Shown here one piece after another: positions 19,450 through 28,766 of a DNA stretch of 64,000 bases; the first letter of the stretch is position 1; every line of letters begins with the position of its first letter. The notes below the pieces were generated by a model. The model was not told the origin of the DNA. It saw nothing but the letters and a program-made list of their open reading frames with translations, and did not search any database. This DNA comes from Longimicrobiales bacterium (GTDB lineage: Bacteria > Gemmatimonadota > Gemmatimonadetes > Longimicrobiales > Gaopeijiaceae): positions 1,536,001-1,600,000 of the forward strand of contig CBDAON010000004.1 of NCBI GenBank assembly GCA_965198065.1, in the 5' to 3' direction. The translations under genes and the position numbers were made by a program.

Positions 19450-20550
19450 ATGACTGGGACGGCGACCGTCGCCCCGGGAGGCTACCACCCGGGGCCGAAG
19501 GATACCGGAGTCGTGAGGCCCAAGGGGACCTCGAGGATCCCCAGCCACGCGGGGCTGGAGACCATCCCGGGTCGGGATCGGAAGCCCGGGTGGCTCAAGG
19601 TGCGCTCCCCCGGCGGCCCGAACTACCGGAGCCTCCAGCGGCTGATGGGGTCCCAGGGCCTCCACACCGTGTGCGAGGAGGCCGGGTGTCCCAACATCGG
19701 GGAGTGCTGGGAGGCCGGCACCGCTACCTTCATGATTCTGGGCGACGTGTGCACCCGCGCCTGCAAGTACTGCGCGGTGGCACACGGGATGCCCACGGAG
19801 TTGGACCGGGACGAGCCTCGCAGGCTAGCGGATACGGTCGCGGCGATGGAGCTCGAGCACGTCGTGATCACGTCCGTGAATCGGGACGACCTCCCTGACG
19901 GGGGGGCGGGGATCTATGCCGCGTCGATCCGGAAGATCCGATCCCGGCTCCGGCAGTGCTCGGTAGAAGTCCTGATTCCGGACTTCAAGGGTGACGAGCA
20001 AGCGCTCCAGGTCGTGGTGGACGCGAGGCCGGCGATCCTCGGGCACAACCTGGAAACGGTCGCGCGCCTGCACCCTCAGGTACGGCCGGGGGGGCGGTAC
20101 TGGCGGTCGATCTCGTTCCTCGGGGCGGCGAAACGGATCGACCCGACGATCCTGACGAAGACCGGGATCATCCTCGGGATGGGGGAGCGAGCGCACGAGA
20201 TCCGGGAGGCGATGGTGGACCTGCGCGATGCGTCGGTCGACATCCTCACGCTGGGACAGTACCTGAGGCCGTCCGAGGCCCACATTCCGGTGGCGCGGTG
20301 GGTGACCCCGGACGAGTTCCGGGCCTGGAAGCGCGTCGGGGAGCAGGAGCTCGGATTTCGACACGTCGAATCGGGCCCCCTCGTGCGCTCGTCCTACCAC
20401 GCCAAGGAGCAGGCCCGGGAGGTCGAAGCCGGGGGTGCGGGGAGGGTCCGCGAGGTGATGGAGGCGGACGTTCCCGCTCCGGCCGAGCGAGGTGACCTAC
20501 GTCTCGTGCAGCTCAAGGTGGGGCGCCCGCCAGGCAACGGAAACGGGTGA
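19450..20550 (+). CDS. lipA: Lipoyl synthase
   Basis: KPGWLK, CEEAGCPNIGEC, CTRACKYC radical-SAM motif, LVRSSYHA; start 19426 or 19450. Confidence 0.97.
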   Translation: MTGTATVAPGGYHPGPKDTGVVRPKGTSRIPSHAGLETIPGRDRKPGWLKVRSPGGPNYRSLQRLMGSQGLHTVCEEAGCPNIGECWEAGTATFMILGDVCTRACKYCAVAHGMPTELDRDEPRRLADTVAAMELEHVVITSVNRDDLPDGGAGIYAASIRKIRSRLRQCSVEVLIPDFKGDEQALQVVVDARPAILGHNLETVARLHPQVRPGGRYWRSISFLGAAKRIDPTILTKTGIILGMGERAHEIREAMVDLRDASVDILTLGQYLRPSEAHIPVARWVTPDEFRAWKRVGEQELGFRHVESGPLVRSSYHAKEQAREVEAGGAGRVREVMEADVPAPAERGDLRLVQLKVGRPPGNGNG

Positions 20551-21256
20551 GCGACATGGCCTGGACCAGGTGATCGACGGTGCCCAGGGGTCCCGATTCC
20601 TCCAGACATTGAAAGCCATCCTGGAAGAGCCGGTGGCCGCGCCCGTCGCCTCGCGCCGCGTGCTCAATCAGCTCGATCATCTGCTCTCCCCCTTCCCTGA
20701 CCCACTCCCGATACTGGTCCGTGGGCGGCTGGTGCCTGCGCAGGTACCGGAGTAACGGATCCAAGTCGAAGTCCGACTGGTATATACCTGCCCCAGCCGC
20801 CTCGGTCTCGGAGGCGTTCCATGCCTGCTCCACGTGCCTCGGAGTGGGGACGACCATGACCGGCTTCCCGAGCCAGAGCGCCTCCGCCACGGATTAGAAC
20901 CCGGCCGTGCCCACGAACCCGCGGCAGGTCCTCATCATATCGAGGAATCGCGTGTCCGAGAGCCGGTGGAAGATCAGGTTCGGGTGGACTTCCGCCCGCT
21001 CCGCCACGTCCTCACGGCTCCAGAAGCAGTGGAGGACGACGTCCCGGTTTCGCTCGTGCCACCGGGCGATCGTCTCCGCGAACCCCGGGTGCAGGATGTA
21101 AGCGAGGATGTGCTCCCCGGTCTCGGGCGTGGCGTCGAGCACGGCTCGCCGAAGGAGCGGCGGGACCACGCGTGTCCGGCCTCCCTCCCCGTCGGGGAGC
21201 TTCCTGAGGGAAAGGGCAAGGCGCAGGGTCTCACCGGGGGCGGACACGCGGTTCAA
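20513..21256 (-). pseudogene. Glycosyltransferase (GT-B, MJ1255-like) C-terminal remnant with nonsense codon
   Basis: LALS..VVPPLLR..ILAY..FLDMMRTC..GTAGF*SVAEALWLGKP..PTPRHVEQAWNA; in-frame TAA at 20894-20896 where Glu is expected; N-terminus missing. Confidence 0.75.
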
Positions 21257-21675
21257 GAGCCGGAAAACGGCTCCGTGGATCGGGTTCCCCGGCGCCGTGC
21301 GAGAGCCGGCACCGTCCCCACGTTGGCGAGGTATCCGGCGGGAAAGACGATCGCGTCCTCTTTGCTGAAGAAGTCAGCGAGGCGCTCCTCCAGCTCCAGG
21401 TGGAGCCTCATCGTCCCATTCAGCAGGCGGCTTCCGGTGAGCCCCGTGCCGAAACGACGGGTCGCCTCCCGGTTCGCCTCCAGGACGCGGGGATGGTGGG
21501 TGAGACCCAGATAGTTGTTCGAGCCCGCCATGATGCGCGTCCGGCCGTCCACGAGCACCCGCGTGACTCCGACCTCCTCCATGACTCGGAAGAACGGATA
21601 CACGCCCCGCTCGACGGCCTCCTCGGGGTCGCGGTATTCGCGGGTGCGCCGGAGGATGGGTGGAAGCTCGGTCAT
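21253..21675 (-). pseudogene. Serine palmitoyltransferase / AONS-family PLP enzyme, N-terminal third only
   Basis: GVYPFFR...MAGSNNYLGLTHHP...FGTGLTGSRLLNGT...GYLANVG; truncated before the PLP lysine. Confidence 0.8.
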
Positions 21676-22841
21676 GCTGCGCCTTCGTAGATCCGCCAGC
21701 GCCGGTAAGGACGCAGCCCCAATCGCTCGAGCGGCCGAGTCATGGGCTCGTTGTCTTCGACGATCCAGGACGCTTCGGCCATGACGGCCCCGTAGGCGCG
21801 GCCCCGGCGAAACGCCTCGGCGGCAAACAGGGCGAAGATGCCCCGCGAACGATGCTCCTTCTTGATCCCGAGCGCCATGAGCCGGCCCGTCCGGAGCCGG
21901 CTCTTCCCCAGGAGCAGCTTCAGGAAGCCGAAGGGGAGGAGCCGGCCGCTCGGGATCTCCTTCAGGATCCGATTGAAGTCGGGGACGATGAGGAGGACGC
22001 CCACCGGTTCCCCCCGGACCTCGGCCAGGAACGCGAACTGGGGAATGAGCAGGGGCTTGAGCTCCCGGCCCAGGTGGAAGAACTCCTCTCGCGTCATGGG
22101 CACGAAGCCCCAGTTGGGTTCCCACGCCGCCTGGTAGATCTCCCAGATCCGCTCGAGCTCCCCATCGACGTCCGACAGGTTCACGTCACGGAAGGTGAGG
22201 CCGCTCGTGCGGCGTGCCCTCTCGGCCTGCTCGAAGAAGGAGGCGGGGAGCTCGAATCCCGAGCCCATGGGGATCGGATAGGCAAGGAGCTCTTTCACGC
22301 CGTGGAGTCCGGTCCCCTCCAAGAGGCCGGCGTAATAGGGCGGGTTCCAGGGCGTCAGAAACAGGGGATGGCGCCCGAACCCCTTCACGAGGAGCCCGCA
22401 TTCGTGGTTTGTGGACGGGCTCACGGGTCCGCGGATGCGCTCCAGCCCCCTGCTCGCGCTCCACTCGCGCGCCGCGTCCACGAGTGCCTCAGCCGTCTCG
22501 GGGTCCTCGCGGCACTCGAAGAATCCGAAGAACCCGACCCGGTCAGCGTGGAACTCGTTGTGCGCCGGGTTCTGGATCGCGGCAATCCGACCGACCGGGT
22601 GTCCATCGCGCTCCGCCAGGAGGAGCTCGCGCGTCATGCGCTTCCAGATCGGGTTCGAGCCGTCCAGCAGGCCCCGGACTTGGATCCTGAGCGGTGGGAT
22701 CCACTGCGCGTGGAGCGTGCGGTCGCAGACCGACCAGGGGACCCCGATGAACCGGGTGAGATCCCTCCGGCTTTCCACCCTTCGAACCGTGAGGACGCCG
22801 GGCCGGGGGGCCGAGCTCACGGGGCCCCGGCGTTCGCTCAA
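21672..22841 (-). CDS. Tandem GNAT N-acyltransferase, bacterial ceramide synthase-like
   Basis: C-terminal part of ORF 21672-25085: WIPPL..GRIAAI.N..GFFGFFEC..RGP..STNHECGLLV.GF..PWNPPYY..AWEPNWGFVP..EASWIVEDN; directly upstream of the SPT remnant. Confidence 0.75.
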   Translation of the reverse strand: MSERRGPVSSAPRPGVLTVRRVESRRDLTRFIGVPWSVCDRTLHAQWIPPLRIQVRGLLDGSNPIWKRMTRELLLAERDGHPVGRIAAIQNPAHNEFHADRVGFFGFFECREDPETAEALVDAAREWSASRGLERIRGPVSPSTNHECGLLVKGFGRHPLFLTPWNPPYYAGLLEGTGLHGVKELLAYPIPMGSGFELPASFFEQAERARRTSGLTFRDVNLSDVDGELERIWEIYQAAWEPNWGFVPMTREEFFHLGRELKPLLIPQFAFLAEVRGEPVGVLLIVPDFNRILKEIPSGRLLPFGFLKLLLGKSRLRTGRLMALGIKKEHRSRGIFALFAAEAFRRGRAYGAVMAEASWIVEDNEPMTRPLERLGLRPYRRWRIYEGAA

Positions 22842-23410
22842 TGGGTGGCCTCTCCCTCGGAGAAGCGTACCTGTGGAGCCGCACGTTCGGCCTCGCCGAT
22901 CTCGAAGAACTCCCGGGCCCGGAAGCCGAACGCGGTCGCCACCAGGTTCGTGGGGACCTGTCTGGTGCTCGTGTTGTAGTCGCGCACGTACGTGTTGTAC
23001 GTGCTGCGCGCTCGCTGGATGTGGTCCTCCAGGCTCGCGAGGGAGTCCTGGAGCTGCCGGAAGTTCTGATTCGCCTTCAGGTCCGGGTACGCCTCGGAGA
23101 GGGCGAAGATGGACCGGAGCGAGTTCGCGAGGGCGCCCTCCGCCCGGCCCTGCTCGTCCGGTCCCCGTGCGGTCATCGCGGCGTTCCTGGCCTGGATCAC
23201 ACGCTCGAGCGTGTCGCGCTCGTGGGTCGCGTATCCCTTCACCGTCTCGACGAGATTGGGGATGAGGTCGTGACGGCGCTTCAACTGCACGTCGATGTCC
23301 GCCCAGAAGGCATCGACTCGCTCCCGCATCTGCACGAGCCGGTTGTAGAGCACGACGGCCCCAGCGAGAACCGCCAGTACCACCAGGAGAATCCACATGG
23401 TCGAGGTCAC
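22838..23410 (-). CDS. lemA: LemA family protein
   Basis: YNRLV...IDVQLKRRHDLIPNLVETVKGYA..EAYPDLKANQNF. Confidence 0.95.
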   Translation of the reverse strand: MTSTMWILLVVLAVLAGAVVLYNRLVQMRERVDAFWADIDVQLKRRHDLIPNLVETVKGYATHERDTLERVIQARNAAMTARGPDEQGRAEGALANSLRSIFALSEAYPDLKANQNFRQLQDSLASLEDHIQRARSTYNTYVRDYNTSTRQVPTNLVATAFGFRAREFFEIGEAERAAPQVRFSEGEATH

Positions 23411-23678
23411 TCCCGAGCTGGGTCGCGGGGCGCCGCGACGGGATCGATGGAGCCGCCCTCACCGGAAACCATGATAGGGACCTGCGCGTTCGCATGTAAA
23501 GCCGGCGAAAGCCCCGATCCCGGGCCCGGGGCGGGCCGGAAGCGGGGTAGCAACGGGCTGGTCCCCCCTCTAACTTAGCGCTCGCAGCGACGCGCCCCTC
23601 CGTGCTTTTCGAGCGCCCTGCCAGCTGCGCGCGCCGACCCTGGGCGCGACCCCAACCATCGAGAACCCGGAGTCCAGT

Positions 23679-25091
23679 GTGGTGGGAAACGACAAGAGCA
23701 GCTTCGATCTGCTCGTGGTCGGAGCCGGCCCCGGCGGGTACGTCGCGGCCATTCGAGCGAGCCAGCTCGGGATGTCCGTGGCGTGCATCGAGGCGGACCG
23801 TCTGGGAGGCGTCTGCCTCAACATCGGATGCATTCCGACGAAGGCGCTCCTTAGGTCCGCGCTGATGGTGAAGGAGGTGCGCGAGGCGGGGAAGCACGGG
23901 ATCTCGACCGGGCAAATCGCCGTGGACCTCGGGCCTGCACAGGAGCGGAGCCGCGCCGTCGCGGACCAGATGGCAAGGGGGGTCGAGTACCTCTTCAAGG
24001 AGAAGAAGGTGACCCACATCGACGGTTTCGGTCGATTGGTGGGACAGGGGAGAGTCGAGGTCGAGGACCGGGGCGGCGCGACGACGACTTATTCGGCGCC
24101 TCACATTCTCTTCGCGACGGGATCCCGCCCCCGGAACCTCCCGTTCCTCGAGATCGACGGGGAGCACATCTGGTCGTCGGATCATGCCCTCTTCCAGAAG
24201 AGAGCCCCGAAGACGCTCCTCATCGTGGGTGCGGGCGCGATCGGGATGGAGTTCGCGGACGTGTTCGACGCCTACGGGTCCGAGGTGACGATTGTCGAGG
24301 CGCTCGATCGGCTCCTCCCGATCGAGGACGAGGACATCTCCGCTCACATTGAGAAGGCGTACAAGAAGCGGGGGATGACGATCCACACCGGGGCTCGCCT
24401 GGAGCTGGCCGAGCCCGCGAAGGGTGGGGTCACGGTCAAGTTCAAGGACAGGGAAGGCAAGGATCACTCGGTCACGGTCGAGAAGATCCTCTCCGCTGTC
24501 GGGCGGGTACCCAACACCTCCGACCTGGGGCTCGAAGAGGCAGGCGTCGTGACCGACAAGGGCGGCTTCGTCGAAGTCGATGAGTGGATGCGGACGAGCG
24601 TTCCCGGCGTGTACGCGATCGGCGACTGCGCCGGCGGCGCGCTCCTGGCCCACAAGGCCTCGCACGAGGGGATCGCCTGCGTGGAGCATATTGCGGGGCA
24701 GGCGCACGGCCCGGTGGACTATGGCAACGTCCCGAACTGCACATACTGCCATCCCGAGGTCGCATCCGTCGGGATGACCGAGCGGCAGGCCAGGGATGCC
24801 GGCTACGAGGTCGAGATCGGCCGCTTCCCGTTCGTCGGGAACGGACGCGCCGTCGCCATGGGCGACGCGGCGGGGTTCCTGAAGGTCGTGCGGGACAGGA
24901 AGTACTCGGAGGTCCTGGGGGCCCATATCGTCGGACCACACGCGACCGAGCTGATCGCCGAGTTCGTCCTCGGGAGGCACCTCGAGTCGACGGCCGAGGA
25001 GATGGAGAAGGCCATGCACCCGCACCCGACCCTGTCCGAGACGGTGGCGGAGGCGGCGCTCGCGTCGGTTGGGCGGCCGATCCACATCTAG
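23679..25091 (+). CDS. lpdA: Dihydrolipoamide dehydrogenase
   Basis: GAGPGGY, GGVCLNIGCIPTK, GAGAIGME, HPHPTLSE. Confidence 0.97.
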   Translation: MVGNDKSSFDLLVVGAGPGGYVAAIRASQLGMSVACIEADRLGGVCLNIGCIPTKALLRSALMVKEVREAGKHGISTGQIAVDLGPAQERSRAVADQMARGVEYLFKEKKVTHIDGFGRLVGQGRVEVEDRGGATTTYSAPHILFATGSRPRNLPFLEIDGEHIWSSDHALFQKRAPKTLLIVGAGAIGMEFADVFDAYGSEVTIVEALDRLLPIEDEDISAHIEKAYKKRGMTIHTGARLELAEPAKGGVTVKFKDREGKDHSVTVEKILSAVGRVPNTSDLGLEEAGVVTDKGGFVEVDEWMRTSVPGVYAIGDCAGGALLAHKASHEGIACVEHIAGQAHGPVDYGNVPNCTYCHPEVASVGMTERQARDAGYEVEIGRFPFVGNGRAVAMGDAAGFLKVVRDRKYSEVLGAHIVGPHATELIAEFVLGRHLESTAEEMEKAMHPHPTLSETVAEAALASVGRPIHI

Positions 25092-25458
25092 GTGCGTTCG
25101 CTCGCCTCTTCCCTGAGGCTCCTAGGCAGGTAGCGGGCCCCCGGCCCCATCCGAGCCGCTCGATCTCCCGGGTTCGAGACCCGACACCCGTCGAGTGACA
25201 GGCATCCGCACCCGATGCAGGCGTCCAGCCCGTCTCGGAGCGCCGTGAGCGCCTCGATCTGCTCTTCCAGGCGGCCGCGCCATCCTCGGGACAGCCTGCT
25301 CCAGTCCGCGCGGGTGGGTGTGCGCCCGCCCGGGAGCCTCTCTAGCTCGCTCCGGATCTCATCCAGAGTAACGCCGACGTTTACCGCGGCCCGGATGAAC
25401 GCGAGCCGACGAAGCGCGTCGCGACCTCGCCGATCGTGAGGAGATCCGACGGGTCCAT
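25088..25458 (-). pseudogene. soxR: SoxR (MerR-family 2Fe-2S regulator) with HTH deleted
   Basis: ATG at 25458 gives MDPSDLLTIGEVATR, then an out-of-frame jump to DALRRLAFIRAA...CIGCGCLSLDGC (SoxR cluster motif). Confidence 0.85.
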
Positions 25459-25467
25459 GGATGACTC

Positions 25468-25498
25468 TTGACTTAAAGTACGCTTTAACTTCTAAAGT
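25468..25498 (+). promoter_or_regulatory. SoxR/MerR-type promoter with dyad operator
   Basis: TTGACT-19 bp-TAAAGT with dyad TTAAAG-tacg-CTTTAA (25473-25488) in the spacer. Confidence 0.8.
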
Positions 25499-25508
25499 AG
25501 TGGATAGG

Positions 25509-26251
25509 ATGTCCCTGAACGGTCGGCGATCTTGCCCCGGGGGAGCGGATCGCGCTCCCAGCCGGGGCCGAGGCCGTGGTCGCGGGGCCGTATCGGGCCT
25601 CCGCATCGGCACCCGCGAGGCTCTGGAGAGCCACGATCGCCGGGGGGGGAGTTTCTAGAGATCCTCCGCCGACACGGCCGGCCGATACGGTACGCGTACG
25701 TGGAGGGACGGTGGCCGGTCTCGGCCTATCAGACCGTGTTCGCCCGCCATCCGGGAAGCGCCGAGATGCCGAGCGCCGGCCGCCCGTTCACCGGCCGACT
25801 CGTTCGGGAGCTCGTGGCTCGCGGCGTAAAGCTCGCGCCCATCACGCTCCACACCGGGGTGTCGTCGCTCGAGCCCGGTGAGCCTCCGTACCCCGAGCGT
25901 TTCCGGGTATCGCGCGGCACGGCGGATCAGATGAACCGGACGCGGGCCGGCGGCAATCGGGTAGTCGCGGTGGGCACGACCGCGGCACGGGCCATCGAGA
26001 GCGTGGCGAGCTCATCTGGGAGGCTTGAGGCGCGGGAGGGCTGGACGGATCTCGTCCTCGGCCCTGATCGACCCGCTCGTGCGACGTTGGGGATCGTGAC
26101 GGGCTGGCACGCGGGCGGCGGGTCGCACCTCCGGCTGCTCGAGGCCGTGGCCGGCCCGGAGCTCGTGGAGCGGGCGTATTGGGAAGCTCGGGCGAGCGGA
26201 TACCTCTGGCACGAATTCGGGGATTCGTGTTTGCTCTTGTCGGAGGGGTGA
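25509..26251 (+). pseudogene. QueA-like (SAM:tRNA ribosyltransferase-isomerase family) gene, N-terminal half deleted
   Basis: RHGRPIRYAY..AYQTVFARHPGSAEMPSAGRPFT..LHTGVSS..AVGTT..YLWHEFGD; N-terminal domain absent. Confidence 0.75.
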
Positions 26252-26278
26252 GGCTACCGGAGGCCTCCGGCGCGCCCC

Positions 26279-27535
26279 TCAGGCCAGCGGGAGCCTCCGG
26301 CCCGGCTTCGTCGACGGCAGCTCTTCGGGGGCGAGTCCACGGATGCGGAGCACCCGTACGACGGCGTCCCCGATCTTGTTGTTGGGCGTGGACGCCCCCG
26401 CCGTGATCCCCAGCTCGAAGGGGGCTCGGGGGAGCCAGTCACGCTCGGTGCACTCCTGGGCGTGCACGCCCGGCTCGGGCTTGTGACGGATGGAGCCGGC
26501 CTCCACGTCGATGCACGACGAGTCCTCGACGTGGAAGGTTGTCGTGTACTGCCGGCACAGACGTGCCAGGTGATTGGTGTTCGACGAGTTGTAGCCGCCG
26601 ATCACGATCATGACGTCGGGGGGAGCCACCATCATCATCTCGACGGCGTCCTGCCGCTCCTGCGTGGCCGAGCAGATGGTTCCGAACGACCTGTAATTCT
26701 CCTTCGCGCACGTCGCCCCTCCCGCCTCGACGAGCGCCTCCTCCAGCCGCACCCCGATGGCCAGCGACTCCTTCGCGAGCATCGTCGTTTGGTTCGCAAC
26801 GCCGAGGCGCTGGAGGTCGGCGTCCGGGTCGAACCCCTCCGAAGCGCGGTCGCGAAACCGATCGGCGAGGGCCTCTTTGGTGAGGTGTCCCGGACGCTTC
26901 GCGATGTAGTCGGCCACGAGCAGCGCCTCTTCCATGTCCCTTACGATCAAGTACTTGGCTCCCGGGTGCTTCTGGACCTGCGAGGCGGTGGCGCGACTCT
27001 CCTCGTGCGTGTATTTCCCGTGGATTACGGAGGTGAACCCGTCCTGCGCGTAACCCTCGACCCGCTTCCACACGAGCAGGACGGAGCCGCACGTCGTGTC
27101 CACGAGCACGCAACCGATCGCCTGGAGCTCCGCGAAGGCTTGGATTGTCACGCCGAAAGCGGGGAGGATGACGACGTCGTCCGGCGTGACAAGCGAGAAG
27201 TCGAAGCGCCCCGTCTCGTTGGGGTAGAGGAACCGGATCCCCATCTCCCGCATCCTCTTATTCACATGGGGGTTGTGGATGATCTCCCCGACGAGATATA
27301 CGGTGCGGTCGGGGAACTTCTTCCGCGTCTCGTACGCGTAATCGACCGCCCGGTCCACCCCGTAGCAGAAGCCGAACTCCTCAGCCAACCGGACGGTGAC
27401 GTCTCCGAAGGTCTCCGTGTACCCACGCGCCCGGATCCGCTCGACGAGGGCCGAGTGGTACTCGGCCTCGATGAGGGGGCGCACGTCGTCCTTGAGCCCG
27501 AACCCCCGGCGGAAGTAAGTCTGCTCGATGCTCAT
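26279..27535 (-). CDS. ispH: 4-hydroxy-3-methylbut-2-enyl diphosphate reductase
   Basis: FGFCYGVDRA, EIIHNPHV, DTTC, NQTT, TICSATQERQ, GGYNSSNT, TAGASTP; true start ATG 27535. Confidence 0.96.
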   Translation of the reverse strand: MSIEQTYFRRGFGLKDDVRPLIEAEYHSALVERIRARGYTETFGDVTVRLAEEFGFCYGVDRAVDYAYETRKKFPDRTVYLVGEIIHNPHVNKRMREMGIRFLYPNETGRFDFSLVTPDDVVILPAFGVTIQAFAELQAIGCVLVDTTCGSVLLVWKRVEGYAQDGFTSVIHGKYTHEESRATASQVQKHPGAKYLIVRDMEEALLVADYIAKRPGHLTKEALADRFRDRASEGFDPDADLQRLGVANQTTMLAKESLAIGVRLEEALVEAGGATCAKENYRSFGTICSATQERQDAVEMMMVAPPDVMIVIGGYNSSNTNHLARLCRQYTTTFHVEDSSCIDVEAGSIRHKPEPGVHAQECTERDWLPRAPFELGITAGASTPNNKIGDAVVRVLRIRGLAPEELPSTKPGRRLPLA

Positions 27536-27597
27536 ACGGACAATCTGCCACGAACCGCGCGAGGGGTCCAATCGGGACGGGGCCGAAGGGAACCCCG

Positions 27598-28587
27598 TCA
27601 GGGCACGAGGACGAGCGCGCCCCGCGCCTCCCCCTCGCGGATCCTCCGGAGCGCCTCGTTCGCCTCCTCCAGCGGAAGCGCCTGCGCCTCCGCCCGGACC
27701 GGTACCTGTGGGGCCCTGTCCAAGGAACTCCTCCGCGTCCCTTCTGGTGAGGTTGGCCACCGAGCGGACTACCCGCTCCTTCCAGAGGATCTCGTACGGG
27801 AATGCCGGAACGTCGCTCATGTGGATACCCGCACAAACGACGGTTCCCCCGGGCCGCACGGCGCGGAGGGCGGTGGGGACGAGGGCTCCGACCGGCGCGA
27901 AGATGATCGCCGCGTCGAGGGGGTCGGGAGGGGCCGAGTCCGACCCACCCGCCCACACGGCTCCCAGCGACCTGGCGAAGGCCTGGCCGTCCTCGTCCCC
28001 CGCCCTCGTGAAGGCGTAGACCTCGCGACCCTCGAAGCGCGCCACTTGGGCAATGAGGTGCGCCGCCGCGCCGAAGCCGTAGAGCCCAATCCGTGGCCCC
28101 TCGCCGGCGTGCCGGTAGGCTCTATACCCGATGAGCCCTGCGCAGAGGAGGGGCGCCGCCTCCACGTCCCCGAACACCGCCGGGATCGGAAACGCGTATC
28201 GGCTGTCGGCGACCGCGTACTCGGCGTACCCGCCGTCGTGGGAGTATCCGGTGAAGCGTGCCCGTTCGCAGAGGTTCTCCTTGCCGGCGCGGCAATAGTC
28301 ACATGCGCTGCACGTCCATCCTAGCCAGGGGATCCTCACGCGCTCCCCGACGGCCCGTCCTTCCACGGCGGACCCGAGCGCCTCCACTCGCCCGACGATT
28401 TCGTGCCCCGGGGTCAGCGGGAGCTGGGGATCCGGAAGCTCGCCGTCCACGATGTGGACGTCGGTGCGACAGACCGCGCACTACACGCGAGGACGCGGAC
28501 CAGGACGTCGTGGGGGCCTGGCCGGGGCATAGGGACGTCCCTCCCCACAAGGGCCGATCCCGAGCGCTCGAGGACCATGGCTCGCAT
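27598..28587 (-). pseudogene. Zn-dependent alcohol dehydrogenase with two frameshifts
   Basis: MRAMVL..VLAC / VCRTDVHIVDGEL..PGHE..CSACDYC..ENLC..LCAGLIGYR; frameshifts near 28480 and 27720. Confidence 0.8.
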
Positions 28588-28766
28588 GGGGGAGTCAGTG
28601 GGGGAATCCATGTGCCAATCGTAGAGCGGTCGCGCGGGGTTGGCCAACGCGCCTCGGGACCGACCCGTCGCCCCCGGTGTACCGGTCTCCACCTCCGCGT
28701 CCGCCGGCGGGACCGGGCTAGCCTGGCGCCGGCCTCTGTCAGGGACACGTCCCCTCGAGCGCAACC

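Noticed and set aside
21672..25085. 1137-aa minus-strand ORF
   Set aside because: Only the last ~390 aa (GNAT) are protein-like. The rest is antisense to lpdA and an alternate frame of lemA, a high-GC artefact.
26279..28450. Apparent 723-aa ADH-IspH fusion in the ORF track
   Set aside because: Caused by a frameshift near 27720. The ADH C-terminus and stop (27598-27600) are in another frame, and ispH has its own ATG at 27535.
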